A DNA stretch of 64,000 nt from Candidatus Woesebacteria bacterium RIFCSPLOWO2_01_FULL_39_61 (GCA_001793155.1 MGHI01000005.1:23-64022), one strand, 5' to 3'. Numbered from the stretch's first letter, positions 27,836-38,200 are shown. A program made the numbers and translations. Notes: generated by a model not told the origin, from the sequence alone.

Positions 27836-29328
27836 CAGACCTTTTCAGTAATCCGATACTCTAAATATTTTCCAAGCATAAGCCTTGTATGAGCGTCCAA
27901 ACCGGGTAAAGCCGAAAAGAAAAATCCTGCAACAGGCATAAGTACGAATTCCAAGGGAGTCAAAAGCGCTCGCCAGACAGGGAAATTTTCCGGACGCTTC
28001 GGTTTGTAAATATAGTCAAAGATAAGCATGATAACCAAAAAGACCAGGGCGACGGTCAATATTAAAGACGAAGCCTTGGGAACACTATAACCAAGCGCAG
28101 TTCTTCCGAACGCGGGATTAATAAGAGTAGGAAGAGTTAACCCGATTGTAATTAAAAACCAGTTCACAGGCCATAAAAAATGTGCCCAGATAACTGTGAT
28201 GAGCCTCATTGTTTTATCCAAAAAGGGTACATTCGGGGTCAAGAAATAATTTTTAATAATCCAAGGATCGTCCGATACTCCCCACGCCCATCTTTTAATC
28301 TGCTCGTATTGATTTTTCAAGGTCTTTAAAAATGAGGAAGACAATGCCGCGTCGGCAAAAAGCGGTAAATAAAGCGGTTCGACTTCGACTTTCCCACCCT
28401 TTTTATAAAAGGCTTTGAAAAACACTCCCCAATCTTCAGGAATTTTATCAGCGTCCCAGTAGTCAACTTCGTGAAGTAACTTTAGAGAAAGTGAGTAATT
28501 TTGAGCATTAATGAGTCGGTCACGGCGAGGAAGTTGCGAGAGATTCCAGATGGACATCAAGGTGTTGGGAACCCTGGTGATTGCAGGCAGTTCCCAAATG
28601 TTATTGTAAAACATAACTGCCGGTTGCCAAAAAAGCAAGTATCTATCCGGATTATCCAAGAACTTATAAGTTAGTGCGGCAAAATGGTTGGGATGATATT
28701 TATGATCAGCATCGCAGCTGGTAACCGTTAAATAGTCGATATTTATTTTTCTTTTATCGACCAACTCATTCTTGACCCAAATGGCTGCGGATCTTTCGTT
28801 CGATGCTTTTCCGACAACCTCACCCTGTTCTAGGGTATGAAGAGCTACAAAAAAGTTAGCAAATACCCCTTTATATTTTTTCTCAAGATTGTTCATTTTT
28901 ATTATTTTGTCTTCATCCGGTGCCCTATTTTCCTGCGCAACTACTACCGTTATCATTTTTTTAGGTAATGTTTGGATAACCAATGAATCGATGGTTCTTT
29001 CCAAAATATATTGGGGTTCTTTGTATGTTGGGATAATTACAATATTGTGTACTTCTTCCCAGTCAGGAAATTGTTTCAGGTCCCCTAGCCAATCGAAATT
29101 CATTGAAGCCTGTATTCGCAAATGGGATATGGTTGAGGTTATTGCTATGGTTAAAGATTGATAAAACCAATAAATATTGAAGCCTAGTATAAAGTAAGCA
29201 ACAACCTCCGGAATGACAAAAATTCCCCAGTAGGGAAAGAGAATAATATTCCACGAGGTAAAACCCGGCAGAATCTCGAGGATCCGCAAGACTTTTTTTT
29301 CGTGTTTGATAATAAAATTTCGAAACAT
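27835..29328 (-). CDS. Membrane glycosyltransferase family 2
   Basis: IIPTYKE, GKASN, DAD, ED, QxxRW motifs. Confidence 0.9.
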   Translation of the reverse strand: MFRNFIIKHEKKVLRILEILPGFTSWNIILFPYWGIFVIPEVVAYFILGFNIYWFYQSLTIAITSTISHLRIQASMNFDWLGDLKQFPDWEEVHNIVIIPTYKEPQYILERTIDSLVIQTLPKKMITVVVAQENRAPDEDKIIKMNNLEKKYKGVFANFFVALHTLEQGEVVGKASNERSAAIWVKNELVDKRKINIDYLTVTSCDADHKYHPNHFAALTYKFLDNPDRYLLFWQPAVMFYNNIWELPAITRVPNTLMSIWNLSQLPRRDRLINAQNYSLSLKLLHEVDYWDADKIPEDWGVFFKAFYKKGGKVEVEPLYLPLFADAALSSSFLKTLKNQYEQIKRWAWGVSDDPWIIKNYFLTPNVPFLDKTMRLITVIWAHFLWPVNWFLITIGLTLPTLINPAFGRTALGYSVPKASSLILTVALVFLVIMLIFDYIYKPKRPENFPVWRALLTPLEFVLMPVAGFFFSALPGLDAHTRLMLGKYLEYRITEKV

Positions 29329-29375
29329 ATCAATAGTTGCTAATAGTTAGTAGATGCAAGCTAGGGAAAAACTCA

Positions 29376-30791
29376 TCATAATCTTGGAAACAAAGGATTT
29401 TCTGATTTTATTTCAGGACCTTTAAATTGCCTTTCAATTTTTTCTGCAGTTTCGGGAAGGAAGGGTTTTAAATCGGCTGCGATTTGTAATATGTCATCGG
29501 TTAGTTTTTCTAATGCAGAAATTTTTAAATTTCTTTCCAGTGCCCATACTTTGTTCTCGTTTATAAATTTATCTGCTTTGGAAATTTTCTTCCAAATAAG
29601 ATCTAATGCGCGTGTGAATTCTTTTACGTCTGACTTGACTAACTGTATAGCTACTCCTATGTTTAGGCTAATGTCTTTCAGCTCTCTACCTGGTAGATTT
29701 ACGCTCTCTGCCATCTTTGCAGTTCTGGCAATCAAGTTCCCTAGTCCGTTTGCTAGATCGGCATTATATTTTTCGTCGAATTTTGAATACTCTATATCGC
29801 CGTCTGAACCAAACTTTACTGCAGAAAGTAAAAGATACCTTGTACCATCAACACCGTATCGAACAATTAGTTCTTTCGGTGAAATTACATTACCTAAAGA
29901 TTTAGACATTTTTTGTCCGTCGATTGTAAAGAAACCGTGAGCGAAAATGTGTTTCGGCAGCGGTAAGTCTGCTGCAATTAGAAGTGCTTGCCAGATTACG
30001 CTGTGGAACCATAGAATGTCTTTGCCAACTATATGCAAATCAGCAGGCCAAAAGCGTTTTTTCCCGTCTAAAAATTGGGTTGCAGAATAATAGTTCATAA
30101 GAGCTTCGACCCACACATAAATTGTTTGGTTTTTATCCCAAGGTACAGGAATTCCCCATGAGACTCCCTCTCTAGATATGGAAATGTCCTCTACCCCTAA
30201 TTCGAGTCTGGAAAGTATTTCATTTTTTTTGGAGATTGGATGAATTTCGTATTCTCCACTTTTTATTTTTTCCAAGATAACTTTTGATAACTCCTTGAGT
30301 TTAAGAAAATAATTTCTCTCTTCTTGGTATACAGGTTCTTTATTAATATGAAGTGGGCACCTTCCGTTTACTAGTTCTGTTTTAGTCAGAAACTTCTCGC
30401 AGCCTACACAATACCACCCTTTGTAGACCCCTTCTACAATATATCCGTTATCTCTAATTTTTTGCAGAAGTTGGGATGCTACTGCCTCGTGTCGTTTTTC
30501 TGTGGTTCGAATAAAATAATCGTAATATATTTTGAGAGATTTCCAGGCTTCCTTGAATCTTGGAGCAACGGAATCTGCATACTCTTTAGGAGTTTGTTTA
30601 TTTTCCTCTGCGGCTTGAGCTACTTTCTGTCCATGCTCGTCTGTGCCGGTAAGAAAAAAGACATTGTTTTTACCGAGCTGCAACCTGTAGTAACGAGCAA
30701 TAACATCTGCTGCTAAAGTAGTATATGCATGTCCCACATGTGGGACATCATTAACATAATAAATGGGCGTAGTGACGTAAAATTTTGACAT
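29376..30791 (-). CDS. metG: Methionine--tRNA ligase
   Basis: YVTTPIYYVN, HVGH, TGTDEHG, KMSKS, LFPR. Confidence 0.97.
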   Translation of the reverse strand: MSKFYVTTPIYYVNDVPHVGHAYTTLAADVIARYYRLQLGKNNVFFLTGTDEHGQKVAQAAEENKQTPKEYADSVAPRFKEAWKSLKIYYDYFIRTTEKRHEAVASQLLQKIRDNGYIVEGVYKGWYCVGCEKFLTKTELVNGRCPLHINKEPVYQEERNYFLKLKELSKVILEKIKSGEYEIHPISKKNEILSRLELGVEDISISREGVSWGIPVPWDKNQTIYVWVEALMNYYSATQFLDGKKRFWPADLHIVGKDILWFHSVIWQALLIAADLPLPKHIFAHGFFTIDGQKMSKSLGNVISPKELIVRYGVDGTRYLLLSAVKFGSDGDIEYSKFDEKYNADLANGLGNLIARTAKMAESVNLPGRELKDISLNIGVAIQLVKSDVKEFTRALDLIWKKISKADKFINENKVWALERNLKISALEKLTDDILQIAADLKPFLPETAEKIERQFKGPEIKSENPLFPRL

Positions 30792-30820
30792 ACACGTATT
30801 TTATCAGAGGCTATAATCAA

Positions 30821-31771
30821 TTACATTCTAGATTGAACATTCTTTAGTGCTAACTCTGCGCATCTTATTCGATTTTTGTGTTTTAGATAGGGAAGAAGCT
30901 GAGTTAAACACAAATTGATAGCCTGTTTATCTCTAATATTAACCCTATAAAAATCACCGTTATGTATTCTTTCACCATGTCTTCCCGCTTTTGTCTCCAA
31001 GAGAATAGTGTTTTTGACTCTGTTTTTTTGTAGGAACTGATGAATTTGGTCGAGTATTGTCTTATCATATGAACCAATTCTGAAAGTAGCCCGGCCGTTA
31101 TAGACACCAATTGATCCTTCTGCGTCCGAATAGCCTGCAAGAAATCCAAAAAATAATTTTTTTGATCGGACAATCCATCTTGGGATTGAGGAGTGTTTTG
31201 TGAGCAAGAAAGAGAATGAGTTATTCACTGTGGCGGTAAAATGATATACACTCGGCTTGCTTTTGGGTCGACTAATCCAAACCGGTCCATATTTTGAGAA
31301 AAGTTTTTTTAGTAATAGTACCTGCTCTACCCTAGTTGTATTAGATTTTACAATTATAGATGAGATGGGTGATCTTTGTGCAACATTCAGATCTCCAATG
31401 CGAAATCCTATTAAGTATGCCTTTTCTAATAAATTATTAGAAAATTTATATTTAATGTGGAACGTATTGGCTTCCCACGGAGATCGAGTACTAATATCGA
31501 ATTTTCTAAACTTTCTTAGTACCGCAGATGGCGTACAACCGATTTGCTTACCGATTTCTTTTAATGAAAACCCTGACTTGTAAAGCTTTTCAAGAGCTGT
31601 TTTGTTAGTCGAAACAATTTTCCTCGGTCGTGTCGAAATTTTATACTTTTTTAACCAATAGTAAACGGTTTTAGAGTCGCATCCAGACTTAGCTGCTATA
31701 TCATAAGTCGATAAATGACCTTGGATATACCAACGTTCTAATTGCACTGGAGTGAAGAATGAGGAGGGCAT
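30821..31771 (-). CDS. Free-standing LAGLIDADG homing endonuclease with N-terminal HTH repeats
   Basis: AYLIGFRIGD and FLAGYSDAEGS motifs; two HTH-like segments at the N-terminus. Confidence 0.88.
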   Translation of the reverse strand: MPSSFFTPVQLERWYIQGHLSTYDIAAKSGCDSKTVYYWLKKYKISTRPRKIVSTNKTALEKLYKSGFSLKEIGKQIGCTPSAVLRKFRKFDISTRSPWEANTFHIKYKFSNNLLEKAYLIGFRIGDLNVAQRSPISSIIVKSNTTRVEQVLLLKKLFSKYGPVWISRPKSKPSVYHFTATVNNSFSFLLTKHSSIPRWIVRSKKLFFGFLAGYSDAEGSIGVYNGRATFRIGSYDKTILDQIHQFLQKNRVKNTILLETKAGRHGERIHNGDFYRVNIRDKQAINLCLTQLLPYLKHKNRIRCAELALKNVQSRM

Positions 31772-31774
31772 AAT

Positions 31775-31858
31775 CTATGTTAGCAAATATTCACGTTGAT
31801 GTACATAAGCGTTTACGTAAGGGATGGCAGCTGTAATGTAAAACTTTTTCTTTGTCAT
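31775..31858 (-). pseudogene. Orphan 5' end of a different metG allele (MTKKKFYITAAIPYVNA + 10 aa)
   Basis: MetRS N-terminal motif FYIT.AIPYVN with TATAAT upstream; stop lies 3 nt before the LAGLIDADG ATG. Confidence 0.8.
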
Positions 31859-31885
31859 CTAAGTAATTATACCTGCAAAAAATAA

Positions 31886-31907
31886 AAAACCTCCATTCGG
31901 AGGTTTC
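31886..31907 (-). terminator. Intrinsic terminator after the yerC-like gene
   Basis: AAACCTCC-ATTC-GGAGGTTT with a T-tract on the minus strand. Confidence 0.7.
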
Positions 31908-31926
31908 TACATTGGATTGGATCAGT

Positions 31927-32289
31927 TTACTCTTGTCGCTTTTTAACGAAATTCTTGATTTTTTCAGACCACTGATTTGCCCATTCTTCCGCTTCCATCT
32001 TTTTTACTCCCAGCTTAAATCCTTCCTTATCCATCACTTGCTGTACTGAAGCGATAGTTGCACTCGAAACTTTTAAATTATCTTTGATGTTATTGTAGCT
32101 TCTTCCTTTTTTCAGCCAGTAGGCGATGGCTAATCTTTTTGCAAACGCTTCATATTCCGTATCGGTTAAGAAATCATTAAAAAAAACATCTGCTTCCTCG
32201 GCATCCTTTAAATCAGCAATAGTTTGGCAAAAAGTTCTCAGAATTTCTTTCTTTAAAGAGGGATTTAAAATTTTTTCTGATGTTCTCAT
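31927..32289 (-). CDS. YerC/TrpR-like protein
   Basis: FFNDFLT..E....KRL.IA..L..G.SY..I...L.VSSATI. Confidence 0.85.
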   Translation of the reverse strand: MRTSEKILNPSLKKEILRTFCQTIADLKDAEEADVFFNDFLTDTEYEAFAKRLAIAYWLKKGRSYNNIKDNLKVSSATIASVQQVMDKEGFKLGVKKMEAEEWANQWSEKIKNFVKKRQE

Positions 32290-32379
32290 CCTGCTTTGTT
32301 TAATTAAATTGGCAGGTAATAATTAAGGAAGATAATATGTGCAGTATAACAAGGCTAAGTTACCTGTCAAGAGTCATAT

Positions 32380-32718
32380 TTAGCCCTTTTTGGAAAAATA
32401 TACCTCAATAGTTGCAGCAAGGGCAGCCAGTAAAACTAAGTTAAGAATATTTCCTACTCCCAAATAGCGAAGAGCTAAAAAGATAGTTACGGTAGATGCA
32501 ATTATTAATCCCCCCCTTGTATGAATAAGAATCGTAGAAATCGTAAAAAACAAACTTAAAAAGATTAGAAGAAAAAATAGTGGGACTGCTCCGAAGTCCG
32601 AGGGATCCACAAAAAGGATAGTTGTGGCAACAAATATCCAAAGCGTAATTATAACCAGTAGGGTAACAAAGAAATTTTTTCTTAACTTAATTTCTTTTTT
32701 GCGTTTTTCCTTTCTCAT
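32380..32718 (-). CDS. Small four-TM hypothetical protein
   Basis: Likely start MRKEKRKK; the longer listed ORF overlaps rmuC antisense. Confidence 0.65.
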   Translation of the reverse strand: MRKEKRKKEIKLRKNFFVTLLVIITLWIFVATTILFVDPSDFGAVPLFFLLIFLSLFFTISTILIHTRGGLIIASTVTIFLALRYLGVGNILNLVLLAALAATIEVYFSKKG

Positions 32719-32770
32719 GCTCGGCTCGACAGTTTCATTGTAACCTATTCGAATGGTAAAATTACAAAAT

Positions 32771-33769
32771 ATGGATGCAACTTTAACTCTCATAATATTT
32801 GTTCTGGGATTGGGTTTGGTAATTTGGTTTATCAATAAAAAACTTTCTGACTTAGCAGAGAAACAAAAGCCATCCGAAGAACTTCTTGAAATTATAAAAA
32901 TGCTCCAGACGGGGTCGAAGGAAGACCGAAAAGCTTTACTGGATTCTTTGCAGAAAAATACCCAGTCTTTAAATGAACGCTTAGATAATGCAGCTAGGGT
33001 CATTTCCCAAGTACAGAGGAATTTGGGAGAAATGAGTGAGGTCGGGAAAGGAATAAGAACCCTGCAGGAGTTTTTGCAGTCGCCGAAACTTCGGGGAGGA
33101 CTTGGCGAGGAAGTTTTAAAGGAAATGATCGGCCAAACTTTTCCCAAAAATGCATTTCACCTGCAGTACCCCTTTAAATCCGGAGTCAAAGTCGATGCTG
33201 TTTTAAAGACAGAGGCCGGACTTTTATGTATCGATTCGAAATTTCCCATGGAAAACTTTAATTTGATGCTTAAAGGAGAGACAGAAGTACAAAGAAATGC
33301 CGGTAAAAAGCAATTTGCATCGGATGTTAAAAAACACATAGAAGATATTTCCAGAAAATATATCTTACCCGAAGAAGGAACGATGGATTTTGCCCTGATG
33401 TATATCCCTTCGGAAGCGGTTTATTACGAGGTCGTGAACATTCAAGAGTTGAGTAATTATGCTCGAAAATTAAGGGTTTATCCGGTTTCGCCCAATACTC
33501 TTTATGCCCACCTTCAAGTACTTCTTTTATCATTTGAGGGTAAAGATTTGGAGGCAAAGTCGCGCGAAGTTTTCAGAATTCTTAGAGCGATTCAGAAAGA
33601 TTATTCAAAGGTATATGATAATTTGGGTGTTTTGCAAAAACACTTAAATAACGCTTATAACATGATGAGTTCGGTCATTACTTCTTTTACCCAACTGGGA
33701 CAAAAAATAACCTCGACTCAGAGCTTGGGACAGGGAATAAAAAAAGAAACAAAGGAGTTAGAAGAGTAA
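32771..33769 (+). CDS. rmuC: DNA recombination protein RmuC
   Basis: RGGLGEEVL, VDAV..IDSKFP, HI.DIS.KYI, DFALMYIPSEAVY, VSPNTL. Confidence 0.92.
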   Translation: MDATLTLIIFVLGLGLVIWFINKKLSDLAEKQKPSEELLEIIKMLQTGSKEDRKALLDSLQKNTQSLNERLDNAARVISQVQRNLGEMSEVGKGIRTLQEFLQSPKLRGGLGEEVLKEMIGQTFPKNAFHLQYPFKSGVKVDAVLKTEAGLLCIDSKFPMENFNLMLKGETEVQRNAGKKQFASDVKKHIEDISRKYILPEEGTMDFALMYIPSEAVYYEVVNIQELSNYARKLRVYPVSPNTLYAHLQVLLLSFEGKDLEAKSREVFRILRAIQKDYSKVYDNLGVLQKHLNNAYNMMSSVITSFTQLGQKITSTQSLGQGIKKETKELEE

Positions 33770-33777
33770 AGTAAATA

Positions 33778-34986
33778 TTAGTTATTTAACGCACGCGTGG
33801 GAGATCCACGTACATGCACCCTCCATTGTTCTCCATATCTATCAAGTACGTCTTCCGAGAAACCGCCTTCCGTATAATTTATTGCACGTAATTCTTCACC
33901 AGTTTTGGAGTCAAAAAAAGAGTTACTACCTGGGCGACGCGCCTTATACGATCCGTCGGGATTTCTTCTTTTATTCGAGAACTCAACAATTTGATTATGA
34001 TAGCCTTCATCACTTAAGAGTTCTCTAAGAAACTTAACCCGTTCGTCTTTAGATTCAAAATAGACAACTACTCTGGGATCTTCATCGGTTAAATTTTTAT
34101 AGACACCTGAGGTCATTCCAGTAGGAAAATCGTTCTTCTCAAATTTTGCAGCAAGATATTTGAAATTTAATCCTTCTCCTCTTTGGCCCCTTTTTGTGCC
34201 AACCTCTTTAAGGATTCCAACTACTTTCGGGATATCCTCTTTTTCTACCTGAAAATAGACCCTAAATAATTCTTCATCTTTCTTTGACAACTCTTTACCA
34301 TACGTTCTTCCCTGGAACATGTAATTTGGCTCACCAGATATTATTACCCGCCTGCCATTCATACCATCTTTGGATCTTGGTTTTTCCATTGGAGATAATG
34401 GTTCATTGACTAAAGAATTAATTTCTTCTTCTAATTGTTGTTCAGATAACTCTGTTCCTATAAGCTTGAATTCTCCGCTGGCTGAACGCCCCCTTTGCTT
34501 ATCTGCTAGGTGTTGAATAATTGCTCCTTCGATTCCAACATAATGAAGGATTTGTTTATCTCCCAGAATTTTTGCCTTCCCCGGATCTGTTGGAAATTGT
34601 TGATCAGCCACTCTTCTAACGCGTTGAGCATAAGCTGTACCGTCTGTCTCGATTCGGAAAGCCATTAGGACCAGCTCCTTGCGGTCAGAATCTGAAAACT
34701 GCGGTTGTTCCACACCAAGATTACGACATGCATTGCCCAAACTTCCCAACAGATTTTGATAACGCGTTACAAAGCGCCCTCTAAGTTCATTATCTGAATC
34801 AATTGAAGAAATTACCCTCTGATTATCAGGGTCCATTAGTAGATTACCACGGATTCCTGCTTGTGTATCATCGCCGCGCCAGAGTGTATCAGCATTAAAA
34901 TTTATTGAACTTGGTTTTTCAGGATTGATTACTTCGTAAGAGGAGAAACCATAAGATTCAGTTTCGACTTGAGGATCATTTGACAT
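33778..34986 (-). CDS. Hypothetical protein, C-terminal part possibly HopA1-like
   Basis: 402-aa ORF; FRVYFQV..NFKYL..DPRVVVYF pattern. Confidence 0.55.
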   Translation of the reverse strand: MSNDPQVETESYGFSSYEVINPEKPSSINFNADTLWRGDDTQAGIRGNLLMDPDNQRVISSIDSDNELRGRFVTRYQNLLGSLGNACRNLGVEQPQFSDSDRKELVLMAFRIETDGTAYAQRVRRVADQQFPTDPGKAKILGDKQILHYVGIEGAIIQHLADKQRGRSASGEFKLIGTELSEQQLEEEINSLVNEPLSPMEKPRSKDGMNGRRVIISGEPNYMFQGRTYGKELSKKDEELFRVYFQVEKEDIPKVVGILKEVGTKRGQRGEGLNFKYLAAKFEKNDFPTGMTSGVYKNLTDEDPRVVVYFESKDERVKFLRELLSDEGYHNQIVEFSNKRRNPDGSYKARRPGSNSFFDSKTGEELRAINYTEGGFSEDVLDRYGEQWRVHVRGSPTRALNN

Positions 34987-35175
34987 ATATTAAGAAGAAT
35001 TTTAGCAGTTAATTAATACCTCTTCTAGCTATTTTCGATTGTGAAATAATTATCTCTTTCGTCCTTATGAATTTTTACTATTGTCCAAACAGTCGTCCGA
35101 CGTTTCTGAATTCAAAACATTCGCTCGAATTTTCGGCAAACTCTCGTTAGTTTTGAAATCAGCTATAATCGTGTA

Positions 35176-38100
35176 GTGGCAGAAACTACGGAAAAGAAAT
35201 TAGAAGCTATTTCAAAACCTCCCAAGCTAAGCTTGGTCGGGTTTGAAAAACCCTTCGGGAGCTTAGAGCATCCCAATTCAAAAGGGGTTTTGAAATGGGC
35301 TGTAAACAAAGATCAACTCGAGGCAATTAGATATAAAAAAGGACCGCTTCTTATAATTGCCGGAGCAGGAACCGGAAAAACGACAGTTATTACTGAAAGG
35401 ATTAAAGACCTAATTGAAAAGAATTTGGCAAAAGCTTCCGAAATACTTGCACTGACTTTTACCGAAAAGGCTGCGCGGGAAATGGAAGAAAGGGTGGATG
35501 TGGCACTCCCCTACGGCTATACCCAAATGTGGGTTTCGACTTTTCATTCATTTTGCGACCGGATATTAAGACAAGAAGGTCTTCATATAGGACTTAATCC
35601 AAAATACAAGCTCATGACCGAAGCCGAAACCATCCAATTTGTTCGAAAAAATCTTTTTAACTATGAACTAAGTTATTTCCGACCACTGGGAAATCCGACC
35701 AAATTTGTGTCAGGAATGATACAACACTTTGGCAGGCTACAAGATGAGGACATTTCTCCCTCGGATTACATCCGATGGGTCCAAAATCAAAATGACAAAT
35801 CGAAATTAAAAAATGAGGAATTACAAATAGAGATAGCTAAATGGGACGAACTATCCAAAGCATATCGTACATACGAAGAATTAAAGGTAAAAGAGGGACT
35901 GATGGACTTCGGGGATTTGATTGTTAAGACTCTGAAGCTTTTTCGAGATAGACGGAACGTTCTCAAAGAGTACCAAGAAAAATTTAAGTATATTTTGGTA
36001 GACGAGTTTCAGGATACCAACGTCGCACAATATGAACTCATGAAACTTTTGTCGCCGCCAAAAGACAATGGTAATTTAACCGTTGTCGGTGACGACTCTC
36101 AAAGCATTTATAAATTCAGGGGTGCAGCGATCTCGAATATTTTGTACTTTAAGAAAGATTACAAAAAAGTCAAGACTGTCGTTTTAACCAAAAATTATCG
36201 CTCGACCCAGACGATTTTAGATTCAGCCTACAAACTAATACAATACAATAACCCCGATACTCTTGAAGCAAAGTTGGGAATAGATAAAAATCTTGTCAGT
36301 GTTAAAACGAAAAACGAAGAACCGGTCGAGCTTATTCACAAAGACAGGGTCGAAAACGAGGCAGAAGCCGTTGCCAAAAAGATTAGAGAACTAGCTTCAG
36401 AAAAAAAATACGATTGGGAAGATTTTGCAATTTTAGTTCGGGCGAATAACCACGCAGAACCTTTTGTTCGGGCCTTTGCCAGGAACGCTATCCCCTATCA
36501 GTTTTTGGGGCCGGGAAGGCTGTTTCGTCAACCCGAAATAGTTGACTTAATTTCTTATTTAAAAGTCCTTTATGATTTTGACGACTCGGTTTCTTTTTAC
36601 CGATTAATATCAATTGATTATTTTGATATCAATGCGAGGGATTTGGTGAAAATTTCCAATTACGCAAGGCGTTTAAACCTCACGCTTTTTGAGGCTACTG
36701 AAAAGGTCGACGATATATATGTTTCTGATGATACCAAATACAAGATCAAAAAAATTATTGAAATTTTGAATCGGCATATAAAACTTATTAAAAAAGAAAC
36801 TGCCGGACAGCTTCTTTATTATTTTTTAGAGGATTCTGGGCTTCTTACTAAACTTCTTAATCCTGATACTTCCGAAGCCGAAAAAAAGGCTGCAAATATT
36901 TCAAAATTTTTCGATAAACTGAAGACTTATGAAGTCGATCATGAGGATGCCACAATTCTGGCGGTAGTTGACTGGATCGAGCTTGCAAGTGAAATTGGAG
37001 AGTCGCCGTTGGCAGCTGACGTTGATTGGACAAAAATTAATGCAGTTAACATTTTGACCGCCCATTCTGCCAAGGGATTGGAATTTCCTGTAGTATATCT
37101 CGTCAATTTGGTTTCACAGCGCTTTCCCACAATTGAGAGACGTGAGCAAATTCCTATCCCGGACGAGCTTATAAAAGAGGTTTTGCCGATAGGTGACTAT
37201 CATCTGCAAGAGGAAAGAAGGCTCTTTTATGTCGGAATGACGCGGGCGATGGAAAGACTGTATTTAACGGCCGCAGATTACTACGGAGAGGGTAAACGTG
37301 AGAAAAAATTATCACCCTTTATCTTTGAAGCACTAGGTGAGGAAACCGTGAGTAGTGAGAAGTTAAAAATGGGAAGTGAACAATTAAGTTTCTTGGATTA
37401 CAAACCCCCCGTCATTGACTCACTACCCACAACTCACTACCCACAATCGTTCCACATAGATTATCTTTCCTATTCTCAAATTGAGACTTTTAGAGTTTGT
37501 CCATTACATTTTAAGCTGAAGTATATCTATAAACTTCCCACTCCGGCAACCTCATCTCAAAGTTTCGGGAATTCCTTCCATGCGACAATGAAGGGCTTTT
37601 ACGAAAGTGTTAAGGGAGGAGAAAAACCAACATTGAAATTGATGGAAGCCAAACTAGCCGAAAACTGGATTAACCAAGGCTATTTAAGTAAATCTCACGA
37701 AAATCGGTCGTATGAGAAAGCCAAGAGTTTTATTAAACATTATTTGGAAAATAATTTCGACCCCAAAATAATTCCTGTAACCATGGAGCAACCTTTTACA
37801 ATTCGGATGGACGGCTTCAGGGTGGGAGGGAAAATCGATAGGGTAGATGAGTATAAAGATTTTATAGAGATTATAGATTATAAAACGGGCGCGACTCCTC
37901 TTACACAATCCCAAGCAGATAAAGATTTGCAATTATCGGTTTATGCATTAGCCGCAACCGAAATTCCCGAGCCTCCGTTTAGCAGAAACCCTAAAGAGGT
38001 CAAATTAACACTGATGTATTTTGATACTCCGCAAACGGTTTCGACCAAACGAACCAAAGGGCAATTATTAGAAGCAAGGAAAATGATTGAGGATTATAGA

Positions 38101-38196
38101 AAACAAATTGAAGAGTCGGATTTCAAATGTTCGCACGGTTACCTTTGCGATGAACAAGAATGCGAGTATAAACTGTTTTGCAAAGTAGATGGTTGA
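35176..38196 (+). CDS. UvrD/PcrA-like SF1 helicase fused to a PD-(D/E)XK nuclease (AdnAB-like)
   Basis: AGAGTGKT, VDEFQD, VGDDSQSIY, HSAKGLEF, EERRLFYVGMTRA; C-terminal GKIDRVD..IIDYKTG, QL.VY and Cys cluster. Confidence 0.92.
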   Translation: MAETTEKKLEAISKPPKLSLVGFEKPFGSLEHPNSKGVLKWAVNKDQLEAIRYKKGPLLIIAGAGTGKTTVITERIKDLIEKNLAKASEILALTFTEKAAREMEERVDVALPYGYTQMWVSTFHSFCDRILRQEGLHIGLNPKYKLMTEAETIQFVRKNLFNYELSYFRPLGNPTKFVSGMIQHFGRLQDEDISPSDYIRWVQNQNDKSKLKNEELQIEIAKWDELSKAYRTYEELKVKEGLMDFGDLIVKTLKLFRDRRNVLKEYQEKFKYILVDEFQDTNVAQYELMKLLSPPKDNGNLTVVGDDSQSIYKFRGAAISNILYFKKDYKKVKTVVLTKNYRSTQTILDSAYKLIQYNNPDTLEAKLGIDKNLVSVKTKNEEPVELIHKDRVENEAEAVAKKIRELASEKKYDWEDFAILVRANNHAEPFVRAFARNAIPYQFLGPGRLFRQPEIVDLISYLKVLYDFDDSVSFYRLISIDYFDINARDLVKISNYARRLNLTLFEATEKVDDIYVSDDTKYKIKKIIEILNRHIKLIKKETAGQLLYYFLEDSGLLTKLLNPDTSEAEKKAANISKFFDKLKTYEVDHEDATILAVVDWIELASEIGESPLAADVDWTKINAVNILTAHSAKGLEFPVVYLVNLVSQRFPTIERREQIPIPDELIKEVLPIGDYHLQEERRLFYVGMTRAMERLYLTAADYYGEGKREKKLSPFIFEALGEETVSSEKLKMGSEQLSFLDYKPPVIDSLPTTHYPQSFHIDYLSYSQIETFRVCPLHFKLKYIYKLPTPATSSQSFGNSFHATMKGFYESVKGGEKPTLKLMEAKLAENWINQGYLSKSHENRSYEKAKSFIKHYLENNFDPKIIPVTMEQPFTIRMDGFRVGGKIDRVDEYKDFIEIIDYKTGATPLTQSQADKDLQLSVYALAATEIPEPPFSRNPKEVKLTLMYFDTPQTVSTKRTKGQLLEARKMIEDYRKQIEESDFKCSHGYLCDEQECEYKLFCKVDG

Positions 38197-38200
38197 AAAA

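Noticed and set aside
30821-31858. Intein or group I intron in metG
   Set aside because: No Cys/Ser start or His-Asn end in frame, flanks too short for a ribozyme, and downstream metG has its own complete N-terminus.
32719-33147. Long N-terminal extension of ORF 32380..33147 and other antisense ORFs (e.g. 278..739, 5453..5857, 29491..29940)
   Set aside because: They are shadows of well-supported genes on the opposite strand.
37418-37446. ACTCACTACCCACA tandem duplication in the helicase-nuclease linker
   Set aside because: Two copies in a variable linker; low-complexity slippage with no further structure.
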